Assembly (NCBI RefSeq): GCF_009914755.1
Contig: NC_060938.1
DNA: 64,000 nucleotides
Source of the DNA: the human T2T-CHM13v2.0 reference genome, Homo sapiens
Direction: 5' to 3' (one strand)
Positions 37,701 through 51,700 of this stretch are shown here, piece after piece. The notes under the pieces were generated by a model. That model was not told where the DNA came from. It saw nothing but the letters and a program-made list of their open reading frames with translations, and did not search any database. A program made the translations under genes and the position numbers. Position 1 is the first letter of the stretch. Every line of letters begins with the position of its first letter.

Positions 37701-40700
37701 TAGAAAGGAGGCGGGGTCAGAGGAATAGAAAGGGACAGGGCTGAAGAACAGAGGTCGCTGCATTTAGAAATGAGGCGGGGTCAGAGGAATAGAAAGGGAC
37801 AGGGCTGAAGAACACAGGTCGCTGCATTTAGAAAGGAGGCGGGGTCAGAGGAATAGAAAGGGACAGGGCTGAAGAACAGAGGTCGCTGCATTTAGAAATG
37901 AGGCGGGGTCAGAGGAATAGAAAGGGACAGGACTGAAGAACACAGGTCGCTTCATTTAGAAAGGAGGCGGGGTCAGAGGAATAGAAAGGGACAGGGCTGA
38001 AGAACACAGGTCGCTGCATTTAGAAAGGAGGCGGGGTCAGAGGAATAGAAAGGGACAGGGCTGAAGAACAGAGGTCGCTGCATTTAGAAATGAGGCGGGG
38101 TCAGAGGAATAGAAAGGGACAGGGCTGAAGAACACAGGTCGCTGCATTTAGAAAGGAGGCGGGGTCAGAGGAATAGAAAGGGACAGGGCTGAAGAACACA
38201 GGTCACTGCATTTAGAAAGGAGGCGGGGTCAGAGGAATAGAAAGGGACAGGGCTGAAGAACACAGGTCGCTGCATTTAGAAAGGAGGCGGGGTCAGAGGA
38301 ATAGAAAGGGACAGGGCTGAAGAACACAGGTCGCTGCATTTAGAAAGGAGGCGGGGTCAGAGGAATAGAAAGGGACAGGGCTGAAGAACACAGGTCGCTG
38401 CATTTAGAAAGGAGGCGGGGTCAGAGGAATAGAAAGGGATAGGACTGAAGAACACAGGTCGCTGCATTTAGAAAGGAGGCGGGGTCAGAGGAATAGAAAG
38501 GGATAGGCCTGAAGAACACAGGTCGCTGCATTTAGAAAGGAGGCGGGGTCAGAGGAATAGAAAGGGATAGGGCTGAAGAACACAGGTCGCTGCATTTAGA
38601 AAGGAGGCGGGGTCAGAGGAATAGAAAGGGACAGGGCTGAAGAACACAGGTCGCTGCATTTAGAAAGGAGGCGGGGTCAGTAGAATAGAAAGGGACAGGA
38701 CAGAAGAACACAGGTCGCTGCATTTAGAAAGGAGGCGGGGTCAGAGGAATAGAAAGGGATAGGGCTGAAGAACAGAGGTCGCTGCATTTAGAAAGGAGGC
38801 GGGGTCAGAGGAATAGAAAGGGATAGGGCTGAAGAACAGAGGTCGCTGCATTTAGAAAGGAGGCGGGGTCAGAAGAATAGAAAGGGACAGGGCTGAAGAA
38901 CACAGGTCGCTGCATTTAGAAAGGAGGCGGGGTCAGAGGAATAGAAAGGGATGGGGCTGAAGAACAGAGGTCGCTGCATTTAGAAAGGAGGCGGGGTCAG
39001 AGTAATAGAAAGGGATGGGGCTGAAGAACAGAGGTCGCTGCATTTAGAAAGGAGGCGGGGTCAGAGGAATAGAAAGGGACAGGGCTGAAGAACACAGGTC
39101 GCTGCATTTAGAAAGGAGGCGGGGTCAGAGGAATAGAAAGGGATAGGGCTGAAGAACACAGGTCGCTGCATTTAGAAAGGAGGCGGGGTCAGAGGAATAG
39201 AAAGGGATAGGGCTGAAGAACACAGGTCGCTGCATTTAGAAAGGAGGCGGGGTCAGAGGAATAGAAAGGGATAGGGCTGAAGAACACAGGTCGCTGCATT
39301 TAGAAAGGAGGCGGGGTCAGAGGAATAGAAAGGGACAGGGCTGAAGAACACAGGTCGCTGCATTTAGAAAGGAGGCGGGGTCAGAGGAATAGAAAGGGAT
39401 AGGACTGAAGAACACAGGTCGCTGCATTTAGAAAGGAGGCGGGGTCAGAGGAATAGAAAGGGACAGGGCTGAAGAACACAGGTCGCTGCATTTAGAAAGG
39501 AGGCGGGGTCAGAGGAATAGAAAGGGATAGGCCTGAAGAACACAGGTCGCTGCATTTAGAAAGGAGGCGGGGTCAGAGGAATAGAAAGGGATAGGGCTGA
39601 AGAACACAGGTCGCTGCATTTAGAAAGGAGGCGGGGTCAGAGGAATAGAAAGGGACAGGGCTGAAGAACACAGGTCGCTGCATTTAGAAAGGAGGCGGGG
39701 TCAGTAGAATAGAAAGGGACAGGACAGAAGAACACAGGTCGCTGCATTTAGAAAGGAGGCGGGGTCAGAGGAATAGAAAGGGACAGGGCTGAAGAACAGA
39801 GGTCGCTGCATTTAGAAATGAGGCGGAGTCAGAGGAATAGAAAGGGACAGGGCTGAAGAACACAGGTCGCTGCATTTAGAAAGGAGGCGGGGTCAGAGGA
39901 ATAGAAAGGGACAGGGCTGAAGAACAGAGGTCGCTGCATTTAGAAATGAGGCGGGGTCAGAGGAATAGAAAGGGACAGGACTGAAGAACACAGGTCGCTT
40001 CATTTAGAAAGGAGGCGGGGTCAGAGGAATAGAAAGGGACAGGACTGAAGAACACAGGTCGCTTCATTTAGAAAGGAGGCGGGGTCAGAGGAATAGAAAG
40101 GGACAGGGCTGAAGAACACAGGTCGCTGCATTTAGAAAGGAGGCGGGGTCAGAGGAATAGAAAGGGATAGGCCTGAAGAACACAGGTCGCTGCATTTAGA
40201 AAGGAGGCGGGGTCAGAGGAATAGAAAGGGATAGGACTGAAGAACACAGGTCGCTGCATTTAGAAAGGAGGCGGGGTCAGAGGAATAGAAAGGGATAGGC
40301 CTGAAGAACACAGGTCGCTGCATTTAGAAAGGAGGCGGGGTCAGAGGAATAGAAAGGGACAGGGCTGAAGAACACAGGTCGCTGCATTTAGAAAGGAGGC
40401 GGGGTCAGTAGAATAGAAAGGGACAGGACAGAAGAACACAGGTCGCTGCATTTAGAAAGGAGGCGGGGTCAGAAGAATAGAAAGGGATAGGGCTGAAGAA
40501 CAGAGGTCGCTGCATTTAGAAAGGAGGCGGGGTCAGAGGAATAGAAAGGGATAGGGCTGAAGAACACAGGTCGCTGCATTTAGAAAGGAGGCGGGGTCAG
40601 AGGAATAGAAAGGGACAGGGCTGAAGAACACAGGTCGCTGCATTTAGAAAGGAGGCGGGGTCAGAGGAATAGAAAGGGATGGGGCTGAAGAACAGAGGTC

Positions 40701-42752
40701 GCTGCATTTAGAAAGGAGGCGGGGTCAGAGTAATAGAAAGGGATGGGGCTGAAGAACAGAGGTCGCTGCATTTAGAAAGGAGGCGGGGTCAGAGGAATAG
40801 AAAGGGACAGGGCTGAAGAACACAGGTCGCTGCATTTAGAAAGGAGGCGGGGTCAGAGGAATAGAAAGGGACAGGGCTGAAGAACACAGGTCGCTGCATT
40901 TAGAAAGGAGGCGGGGTCAGAGGAATAGAAAGGGACAGGGCTGAAGAACAGAGGTCGCTGCATTTAGAAAGGAGGCGGGGTCAGAGGAATAGAAAGGGAT
41001 AGGCCTGAAGAACACAGGTCGCTGCATTTAGAAAGGAGGCGGGGTCAGAGGAATAGAAAGGGATGGGGCTGAAGAACAGAGGTCGCTGCATTTAGAAAGG
41101 AGGCGGGGTCAGAGGAATAGAAAGGGACAGGGCTGAAGAACACAGGTCGCTGCATTTAGAAAGGAGGCGGGGTCAGAGGAATAGAAAGGGACAGGGCTGA
41201 AGAACACAGGTCGCTGCATTTAGAAAGGAGGCGGGGTCAGAGGAATAGAAAGGGACAGGGCTGAAGAACACAGGTCGCTGCATTTAGAAAGGAGGCGGGG
41301 TCAGAGGAATAGAAAGGGACAGGGCTGAAGAACAGAGGTCGCTGCATTTAGAAATGAGGCGGGGTCAGAGGAATAGAAAGGGACAGGACTGAAGTACACA
41401 GGTCGCTTCATTTAGAAAGGAGGCGGGGTCAGAGGAATAGAAAGGGACAGGGCTGAAGAACACAGGTCGCTGCATTTAGAAAGGAGGCGGGGTCAGAGGA
41501 ATAGAAAGGGACAGGGCTGAAGAACAGAGGTCGCTGCATTTAGAAATGAGGCGGGGTCAGAGGAATAGAAAGGGACAGGGCTGAAGAACACAGGTCGCTG
41601 CATTTAGAAAGGAGGCGGGGTCAGAGGAATAGAAAGGGACAGGGCTGAAGAACACAGGTCACTGCATTTAGAAAGGAGGCGGGGTCAGAGGAATAGAAAG
41701 GGACAGGGCTGAAGAACACAGGTCGCTGCATTTAGAAAGGAGGCGGGGTCAGAGGAATAGAAAGGGACAGGGCTGAAGAACACAGGTCGCTGCATTTAGA
41801 AAGGAGGCGGGGTCAGAGGAATAGAAAGGGACAGGGCTGAAGAACACAGGTCGCTGCATTTAGAAAGGAGGCGGGGTCAGAGGAATAGAAAGGGATAGGA
41901 CTGAAGAACACAGGTCGCTGCATTTAGAAAGGAGGCGGGGTCAGAGGAATAGAAAGGGATAGGCCTGAAGAACACAGGTCGCTGCATTTAGAAAGGAGGC
42001 GGGGTCAGAGGAATAGAAAGGGATAGGGCTGAAGAACACAGGTCGCTGCATTTAGAAAGGAGGCGGGGTCAGAGGAATAGAAAGGGACAGGGCTGAAGAA
42101 CACAGGTCGCTGCATTTAGAAAGGAGGCGGGGTCAGTAGAATAGAAAGGGACAGGACAGAAGAACACAGGTCGCTGCATTTAGAAAGGAGGCGGGGTCAG
42201 AGGAATAGAAAGGGATAGGGCTGAAGAACAGAGGTCGCTGCATTTAGAAAGGAGGCGGGGTCAGAGGAATAGAAAGGGATAGGGCTGAAGAACAGAGGTC
42301 GCTGCATTTAGAAAGGAGGCGGGGTCAGAGGAATAGAAAGGGACAGGGCTGAAGAACACAGGTCGCTGCATTTAGAAAGGAGGCGGGGTCAGAGGAATAG
42401 AAAGGGATGGGGCTGAAGAACAGAGGTCGCTGCATTTAGAAAGGATGCGGGGTCAGAGTAATAGAAAGGGATGGGGCTGAAGAACAGAGGTCGCTGCATT
42501 TAGAAAGGAGGCGGGGTCAGAGGAATAGAAAGGGACGGGGCTGAAGAACACAGGTCGCTGCATTTAGAAAGGAGGCGGGGTCAGAGGAATAGAAAGGGAT
42601 AGGGCTGAAGAACACAGGTCGCTGCATTTAGAAAGGAGGCGGGGTCAGAGGAATAGAAAGGGATAGGGCTGAAGAACACAGGTCGCTGCATTTAGAAAGG
42701 AGGCGGGGTCAGAGGAATAGAAAGGGATAGGGCTGAAGAACACAGGTCGCTG
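25793..42752 (+). repeat. Tandem duplication of about 8.4 kb: about 25.8-34.2 kb repeated at about 34.2-42.7 kb (128-134 monomers)
   Basis: Paired rare variants: G32>C at 26144/34592 and A31>T at 26271/34719 (8,448); A35>C at 26979/35363 (8,384); C62>T at 27902/36222 (8,320); G26>A at 30682/38874 (8,192) and 31898/40474 (8,576). Confidence 0.88.
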
Positions 42753-45700
42753 CATTTAGAAAGGAGGCGGGGTCAGAGGAATAGAAAGGGATAGGACTGA
42801 AGAACACAGGTCGCTGCATTTAGAAAGGAGGCGGGGTCAGAGGAATAGAAAGGGAAAGGGCTGAAGAACACAGGTCGCTGCATTTAGAAAGGAGGCGGGG
42901 TCAGTAGAATAGAAAGGGACAGGACAGAAGAACACAGGTCGCTGCATTTAGAAAGGAGGCGGGGTCAGAGGAATAGAAAGGGACAGGGCTGAAGAACAGA
43001 GGTCGCTGCATTTAGAAATGAGGCGGGGTCAGAGGAATAGAAAGGGACAGGGCTGAAGAACACAGGTCGCTGCATTTAGAAAGGAGGCGGGGTCAGAGGA
43101 ATAGAAAGGGACAGGGCTGAAGAACAGAGGTCGCTGCATTTAGAAATGAGGCGGGGTCAGAGGAATAGAAAGGGACAGGACTGAAGAACACAGGTCGCTT
43201 CATTTAGAAAGGAGGCGGGGTCAGAGGAATAGAAAGGGACAGGACTAAAGAACACAGGTCGCTTCATTTAGAAAGGAGGCGGGGTCAGAGGAATAGAAAG
43301 GGACAGGGCTGAAGAACACAGGTCGCTGCATTTAGAAAGGAGGCGGGGTCAGAGGAATAGAAAGGGATAGGCCTGAAGAACACAGGTCGCTGCATTTAGA
43401 AAGGAGGCGGGGTCAGAGGAATAGAAAGGGATAGGACTGAAGAACACAGGTCGCTGCATTTAGAAAGGAGGCGGGGTCAGAGGAATAGAAAGGGATAGGC
43501 CTGAAGAACACAGGTCGCTGCATTTAGAAAGGAGGCGGGGTCAGAGGAATAGAAAGGGACAGGGCTGAAGAACACAGGTCGCTGCATTTAGAAAGGAGGC
43601 GGGGTCAGTAGAATAGAAAGGGACAGGACAGAAGAACACAGGTCGCTGCATTTAGAAAGGAGGCGGGGTCAGAGGAATAGAAAGGGATAGGGCTGAAGAA
43701 CAGAGGTCGCTGCATTTAGAAAGGAGGCGGGGTCAGAGGAATAGAAAGGGATAGGGCTGAAGAACACAGGTCGCTGCATTTAGAAAGGAGGCGGGGTCAG
43801 AGGAATAGAAAGGGACAGGGCTGAAGAACACAGGTCGCTGCATTTAGAAAGGAGGCGGGGTCAGAGGAATAGAAAGGGATGGGGCTGAAGAACAGAGGTC
43901 GCTGCATTTAGAAAGGAGGCGGGGTCAGAGTAATAGAAAGGGATGGGGCTGAAGAACAGAGGTCGCTGCATTTAGAAAGGAGGCGGGGTCAGAGGAATAG
44001 AAAGGGACGGGGCTGAAGAACACAGGTCGCTGCATTTAGAAAGGAGGCGGGGTCAGAGGAATAGAAAGGGACAGGGCTGAAGAACACAGGTCGCTGCATT
44101 TAGAAAGGAGGCGGGGTCAGAGGAATAGAAAGGGACAGGGCTGAAGAACAGAGGTCGCTGCATTTAGAAAGGAGGCGGGGTCAGAGGAATAGAAAGGGAT
44201 AGGCCTGAAGAACACAGGTCGCTGCATTTAGAAAGGAGGCGGGGTCAGAGGAATAGAAAGGGATGGGGCTGAAGAACAGAGGTCGCTGCATTTAGAAAGG
44301 AGGCGGGGTCAGAGGAATAGAAAGGGACAGGGCTGAAGAACACAGGTCGCTGCATTTAGAAAGGAGGCGGGGTCAGAGGAATAGAAAGGCACAGGGCTGA
44401 AGAACACAGGTCGCTGCATTTAGAAAGGAGGCGGGGTCAGAGGAATAGAAAGGGACAGGGCTGAAGAACAGAGGTCGCTGCATTTAGAAAGGAGGCGGGG
44501 TCAGAGGAATAGAAAGGGACAGGGCTGAAGAACAGAGGTCGCTGCATTTAGAAAGGAGGCGGGGTCAGAGGAATAGAAAGGGATAGGCCTGAAGAACACA
44601 GGTCGCTGCATTTAGAAAGGAGGCGGGGTCAGAGGAATAGAAAGGGATGGGGCTGAAGAACAGAGGTCGCTGCATTTAGAAAGGAGGCGGGGTCAGAGTA
44701 ATAGAAAGGGATGGGGCTGAAGAACAGAGGTCGCTGCATTTAGAAAGGAGGCGGGGTCAGAGTAATAGAAAGGGATGGGGCTGAAGAACAGAGGTCGCTG
44801 CATTTAGAAAGGAGGCGGGGTCAGAGGAATAGAAAGGGACAGGGCTGAAGAACACAGGTCGCTGCATTTAGAAAGGAGGCGGGGTCAGAGGAATAGAAAG
44901 GGACAGGGCTGAAGAACACAGGTCGCTGCATTTAGAAAGGAGGCGGGGTCAGAGGAATAGAAAGGGACAGGGCTGAAGAACAGAGGTCGCTGCATTTAGA
45001 AAGGAGGCGGGGTCAGAGGAATAGAAAGGGATAGGCCTGAAGAACACAGGTCGCTGCATTTAGAAAGGAGGCGGGGTCAGAGGAATAGAAAGGGATGGGG
45101 CTGAAGAACAGAGGTCGCTGCATTTAGAAAGGAGGCGGGGTCAGAGGAATAGAAAGGGACAGGGCTGAAGAACACAGGTCGCTGCATTTAGAAAGGAGGC
45201 GGGGTCAGAGGAATAGAAAGGGACAGGGCTGAAGAACACAGGTCGCTGCATTTAGAAAGGAGGCGGGGTCAGAGGAATAGAAAGGGACAGGGCTGAAGAA
45301 CACAGGTCGCTGCATTTAGAAAGGAGGCGGGGTCAGAGGAATAGAAAGGGACAGGGCTGAAGAACAGAGGTCGCTGCATTTAGAAATGAGGCGGGGTCAG
45401 AGGAATAGAAAGGGACAGGACTGAAGTACACAGGTCGCTTCATTTAGAAAGGAGGCGGGGTCAGAGGAATAGAAAGGGACAGGGCTGAAGAACACAGGTC
45501 GCTGCATTTAGAAAGGAGGCGGGGTCAGAGGAATAGAAAGGGACAGGGCTGAAGAACAGAGGTCGCTGCATTTAGAAATGAGGCGGGGTCAGAGGAATAG
45601 AAAGGGACAGGGCTGAAGAACACAGGTCGCTGCATTTAGAAAGGAGGCGGGGTCAGAGGAATAGAAAGGGACAGGGCTGAAGAACACAGGTCACTGCATT

Positions 45701-48700
45701 TAGAAAGGAGGCGGGGTCAGAGGAATAGAAAGGGACAGGGCTGAAGAACACAGGTCGCTGCATTTAGAAAGGAGGCGGGGTCAGAGGAATAGAAAGGGAC
45801 AGGGCTGAAGAACACAGGTCGCTGCATTTAGAAAGGAGGCGGGGTCAGAGGAATAGAAAGGGACAGGGCTGAAGAACACAGGTCGCTGCATTTAGAAAGG
45901 AGGCGGGGTCAGAGGAATAGAAAGGGATAGGACTGAAGAACACAGGTCGCTGCATTTAGAAAGGAGGCGGGGTCAGAGGAATAGAAAGGGATAGGCCTGA
46001 AGAACACAGGTCGCTGCATTTAGAAAGGAGGCGGGGTCAGAGGAATAGAAAGGGATAGGGCTGAAGAACACAGGTCGCTGCATTTAGAAAGGAGGCGGGG
46101 TCAGAGGAATAGAAAGGGACAGGGCTGAAGAACACAGGTCGCTGCATTTAGAAAGGAGGCGGGGTCAGTAGAATAGAAAGGGACAGGACAGAAGAACACA
46201 GGTCGCTGCATTTAGAAAGGAGGCGGGGTCAGAGGAATAGAAAGGGATAGGGCTGAAGAACAGAGGTCGCTGCATTTAGAAAGGAGGCGGGGTCAGAGGA
46301 ATAGAAAGGGATAGGGCTGAAGAACAGAGGTCGCTGCATTTAGAAAGGAGGCGGGGTCAGAGGAATAGAAAGGGACAGGGCTGAAGAACACAGGTCGCTG
46401 CATTTAGAAAGGAGGCGGGGTCAGAGGAATAGAAAGGGATGGGGCTGAAGAACAGAGGTCGCTGCATTTAGAAAGGATGCGGGGTCAGAGTAATAGAAAG
46501 GGATGGGGCTGAAGAACAGAGGTCGCTGCATTTAGAAAGGAGGCGGGGTCAGAGGAATAGAAAGGGACGGGGCTGAAGAACACAGGTCGCTGCATTTAGA
46601 AAGGAGGCGGGGTCAGAGGAATAGAAAGGGATAGGGCTGAAGAACACAGGTCGCTGCATTTAGAAAGGAGGCGGGGTCAGAGGAATAGAAAGGGATAGGG
46701 CTGAAGAACACAGGTCGCTGCATTTAGAAAGGAGGCGGGGTCAGAGGAATAGAAAGGGATAGGGCTGAAGAACACAGGTCGCTGCATTTAGAAAGGAGGC
46801 GGGGTCAGAGGAATAGAAAGGGATAGGACTGAAGAACACAGGTCGCTGCATTTAGAAAGGAGGCGGGGTCAGAGGAATAGAAAGGGAAAGGGCTGAAGAA
46901 CACAGGTCGCTGCATTTAGAAAGGAGGCGGGGTCAGTAGAATAGAAAGGGACAGGACAGAAGAACACAGGTCGCTGCATTTAGAAAGGAGGCGGGGTCAG
47001 AGGAATAGAAAGGGACAGGGCTGAAGAACAGAGGTCGCTGCATTTAGAAATGAGGCGGGGTCAGAGGAATAGAAAGGGACAGGGCTGAAGAACACAGGTC
47101 GCTGCATTTAGAAAGGAGGCGGGGTCAGAGGAATAGAAAGGGACAGGGCTGAAGAACAGAGGTCGCTGCATTTAGAAATGAGGCGGGGTCAGAGGAATAG
47201 AAAGGGACAGGACTGAAGAACACAGGTCGCTTCATTTAGAAAGGAGGCGGGGTCAGAGGAATAGAAAGGGACAGGACTAAAGAACACAGGTCGCTTCATT
47301 TAGAAAGGAGGCGGGGTCAGAGGAATAGAAAGGGACAGGGCTGAAGAACACAGGTCGCTGCATTTAGAAAGGAGGCGGGGTCAGAGGAATAGAAAGGGAT
47401 AGGCCTGAAGAACACAGGTCGCTGCATTTAGAAAGGAGGCGGGGTCAGAGGAATAGAAAGGGATAGGACTGAAGAACACAGGTCGCTGCATTTAGAAAGG
47501 AGGCGGGGTCAGAGGAATAGAAAGGGATAGGCCTGAAGAACACAGGTCGCTGCATTTAGAAAGGAGGCGGGGTCAGAGGAATAGAAAGGGACAGGGCTGA
47601 AGAACACAGGTCGCTGCATTTAGAAAGGAGGCGGGGTCAGTAGAATAGAAAGGGACAGGACAGAAGAACACAGGTCGCTGCATTTAGAAAGGAGGCGGGG
47701 TCAGAGGAATAGAAAGGGATAGGGCTGAAGAACAGAGGTCGCTGCATTTAGAAAGGAGGCGGGGTCAGAGGAATAGAAAGGGATAGGGCTGAAGAACACA
47801 GGTCGCTGCATTTAGAAAGGAGGCGGGGTCAGAGGAATAGAAAGGGACAGGGCTGAAGAACACAGGTCGCTGCATTTAGAAAGGAGGCGGGGTCAGAGGA
47901 ATAGAAAGGGATGGGGCTGAAGAACAGAGGTCGCTGCATTTAGAAAGGAGGCGGGGTCAGAGTAATAGAAAGGGATGGGGCTGAAGAACAGAGGTCGCTG
48001 CATTTAGAAAGGAGGCGGGGTCAGAGGAATAGAAAGGGACGGGGCTGAAGAACACAGGTCGCTGCATTTAGAAAGGAGGCGGGGTCAGAGGAATAGAAAG
48101 GGACAGGGCTGAAGAACACAGGTCGCTGCATTTAGAAAGGAGGCGGGGTCAGAGGAATAGAAAGGGACAGGGCTGAAGAACAGAGGTCGCTGCATTTAGA
48201 AAGGAGGCGGGGTCAGAGGAATAGAAAGGGATAGGCCTGAAGAACACAGGTCGCTGCATTTAGAAAGGAGGCGGGGTCAGAGGAATAGAAAGGGATGGGG
48301 CTGAAGAACAGAGGTCGCTGCATTTAGAAAGGAGGCGGGGTCAGAGGAATAGAAAGGGACAGGGCTGAAGAACACAGGTCGCTGCATTTAGAAAGGAGGC
48401 GGGGTCAGAGGAATAGAAAGGCACAGGGCTGAAGAACACAGGTCGCTGCATTTAGAAAGGAGGCGGGGTCAGAGGAATAGAAAGGGACAGGGCTGAAGAA
48501 CAGAGGTCGCTGCATTTAGAAAGGAGGCGGGGTCAGAGGAATAGAAAGGGACAGGGCTGAAGAACAGAGGTCGCTGCATTTAGAAAGGAGGCGGGGTCAG
48601 AGGAATAGAAAGGGATAGGCCTGAAGAACACAGGTCGCTGCATTTAGAAAGGAGGCGGGGTCAGAGGAATAGAAAGGGATGGGGCTGAAGAACAGAGGTC

Positions 48701-48704
48701 GCTG
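40705..48704 (+). repeat. Near-perfect tandem duplication: 40705-44672 repeated at 44737-48704 (offset 4,032 bp, 63 monomers)
   Basis: Five rare variants recur at exactly +4,032: 41395/45427, 42446/46478, 42856/46888, 43247/47279, 44390/48422. Confidence 0.93.
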
Positions 48705-51700
48705 CATTTAGAAAGGAGGCGGGGTCAGAGGAATAGAAAGGGACAGGGCTGAAGAACACAGGTCGCTGCATTTAGAAAGGAGGCGGGGTCAGAGGAATAG
48801 AAAGGGACAGGGCTGAAGAACACAGGTCGCTGCATTTAGAAAGGAGGCGGGGTCAGAGGAATAGAAAGGGACAGGACTAAAGAACACAGGTCGCTTCATT
48901 TAGAAATGAGGCGGGGTCAGAGGAATAGAAAGGGACAGGGCTGAAGAACACAGGTCGCTGCATTTAGAAAGGAGGCGGGGTCAGAGGAATAGAAAGGGAC
49001 AGGACTGAAGAACACAGGTCGCTGCATTTAGAAAGGAGGCGGGGTCAGAGGAATAGAAAGGGATAGGCCTGAAGAACACAGGTCGCTGCATTTAGAAAGG
49101 AGGCGGGGTCAGAGGAATAGAAAGGGATAGGGCTGAAGAACACAGGTCGCTGCATTTAGAAAGGAGGCGGGGTCAGAGGAATAGAAAGGGACAGGGCTGA
49201 AGAACACAGGTCGCTGCATTTAGAAAGGAGGCGGGGTCAGTAGAATAGAAAGGGACAGGACAGAAGAACACAGGTCGCTGCATTTAGAAAGGAGGCGGGG
49301 TCAGAGGAATAGAAAGGGATAGGGCTGAAGAACAGAGGTCGCTGCATTTAGAAAGGAGGCGGGGTCAGAGGAATAGAAAGGGATAGGGCTGAAGAACACA
49401 GGTCGCTGCATTTAGAAAGGAGGCGGGGTCAGAGGAATAGAAAGGGACAGGGCTGAAGAACACAGGTCGCTGCATTTAGAAAGGAGGCGGGGTCAGAGGA
49501 ATAGAAAGGGATGGGGCTGAAGAACAGAGGTCGCTGCATTTAGAAAGGAGGCGGGGTCAGAGTAATAGAAAGGGATGGGGCTGAAGAACAGAGGTCGCTG
49601 CATTTAGAAAGGAGGCGGGGTCAGAGGAATAGAAAGGGATAGGCCTGAAGAACACAGGTCGCTGCATTTAGAAAGGAGGCGGGGTTAGAGGAATAGGAAG
49701 GGACAGGGCTGAAGAACAGAGGTCGCTGCATTTAGAAAGGAGGCGGGGTCAGAGGAATAGAAAGGGACAGGGCTGAGGAACAGAGGTCGCTGCATTTAGA
49801 AAGGAGGCGGGGTCAGAGGAATAGAAAGGGACAGGGCTGAAGAACACAGGTCGCTGCATTTAGAAAGGAGGCGGGGTCAGAGGAATAGAAATGGACAGGG
49901 CTGAAGAACAGAGGTCGCTGCATTTAGAAAGGAGGCGGGGTCAGAGGAATAGAAAGGGATAGGCCTGAAGAACACAGGTCGCTGCATTTAGAAAGGAGGC
50001 GGGGTCAGAGGAATAGAAAGGGATGGGGCTGAAGAACAGAGGTCGCTGCATTTAGAAAGGAGGCGGGGTCAGAGGAATAGAAAGGGACAGGGCTGAAGAA
50101 CAGAGGTCGCTGCATTTAGAAAGGAGGCGGGGTCAGAGGAATAGAAAGGGACAGGGCTGAAGAACAGAGGTCGCTGCATTTAGAAAGGAGGCGGGGTCAG
50201 AGGAATAGAAAGGGATAGGCCTGAAGAACACAGGTCGCTGCATTTAGAAAGGAGGCGGAGTCAGAGGAATAGAAAGGGATGGGGCTGAAGAACAGAGGTC
50301 GCTGCATTTAGAAAGGAGGCGGGGTCAGAGGAATAGAAAGGGACAGGGCTGAAGAACACAGGTCGCTGCATTTAGAAAGGAGGCGGGGTCAGAGGAATAG
50401 AAAGGGACAGGGCTGAAGAACACAGGTCGCTGCATTTAGAAAGGAGGCGGGGTCAGAGGAATAGAAAGGGACACGGCTGAAGAACACAGGTCGCTGCATT
50501 TAGAAAGGAGGCGGGGTCAGAGGAATAGAAAGGGACAGGGCTGAAGAACAGAGGTCGCTGCATTTAGAAATGAGGCGGGGTCAGAGGAATAGAAAGGGAC
50601 AGGGCTGAAGAACACAGGTCGCTGCATTTAGAAAGGAGGCGGGGTCAGAGGAATAGAAAGGGACAGGGCTGAAGAACACAGGTCACTGCATTTAGAAAGG
50701 AGGCGGGGTCAGAGGAATAGAAAGGGACAGGGCTGAAGAACACAGGTCGCTGCATTTAGAAAGGAGGCGGGGTCAGAGGAATAGAAAGGGACAGGGCTGA
50801 AGAACACAGGTCGCTGCATTTAGAAAGGAGGCGGGGTCAGAGGAATAGAAAGGGACAGGGCTGAAGAACACAGGTCGCTGCATTTAGAAAGGAGGCGGGG
50901 TCAGAGGAATAGAAAGGGATAGGACTGAAGAACACAGGTCGCTGCATTTAGAAAGGAGGCGGGGTCAGAGGAATAGAAAGGGATAGGCCTGAAGAACACA
51001 GGTCGCTGCATTTAGAAAGGAGGCGGGGTCAGAGGAATAGAAAGGGATAGGGCTGAAGAACACAGGTCGCTGCATTTAGAAAGGAGGCGGGGTCAGAGGA
51101 ATAGAAAGGGACAGGGCTGAAGAACACAGGTCGCTGCATTTAGAAAGGAGGCGGGGTCAGTAGAATAGAAAGGGACAGGACAGAAGAACACAGGTCGCTG
51201 CATTTAGAAAGGAGGCGGGGTCAGAGGAATAGAAAGGGATAGGGCTGAAGAACAGAGGTCGCTGCATTTAGAAAGGAGGCGGGGTCAGAGGAATAGAAAG
51301 GGATAGGGCTGAAGAACACAGGTCGCTGCATTTAGAAAGGAGGCGGGGTCAGAGGAATAGAAAGGGACAGGGCTGAAGAACACAGGTCGCTGCATTTAGA
51401 AAGGAGGCGGGGTCAGAGGAATAGAAAGGGATAGGGCTGAAGAACACAGGTCGCTGCATTTAGAAAGGAGGCGGGGTCAGAGGAATAGAAAGGGACAGGG
51501 CTGAGGAACAGAGGTCGCTGCATTTAGAAAGGAGGCGGGGTCAGAGGAATAGAAAGGGACAGGGCTGAAGAACACAGGTCGCTGCATTTAGAAAGGAGGC
51601 GGGGTCAGAGGAATAGAAAGGGACAGGGCTGAAGAACAGAGGTCGCTGCATTTAGAAAGGAGGCGGGGTCAGAGGAATAGAAAGGGATGGGGCTGAAGAA

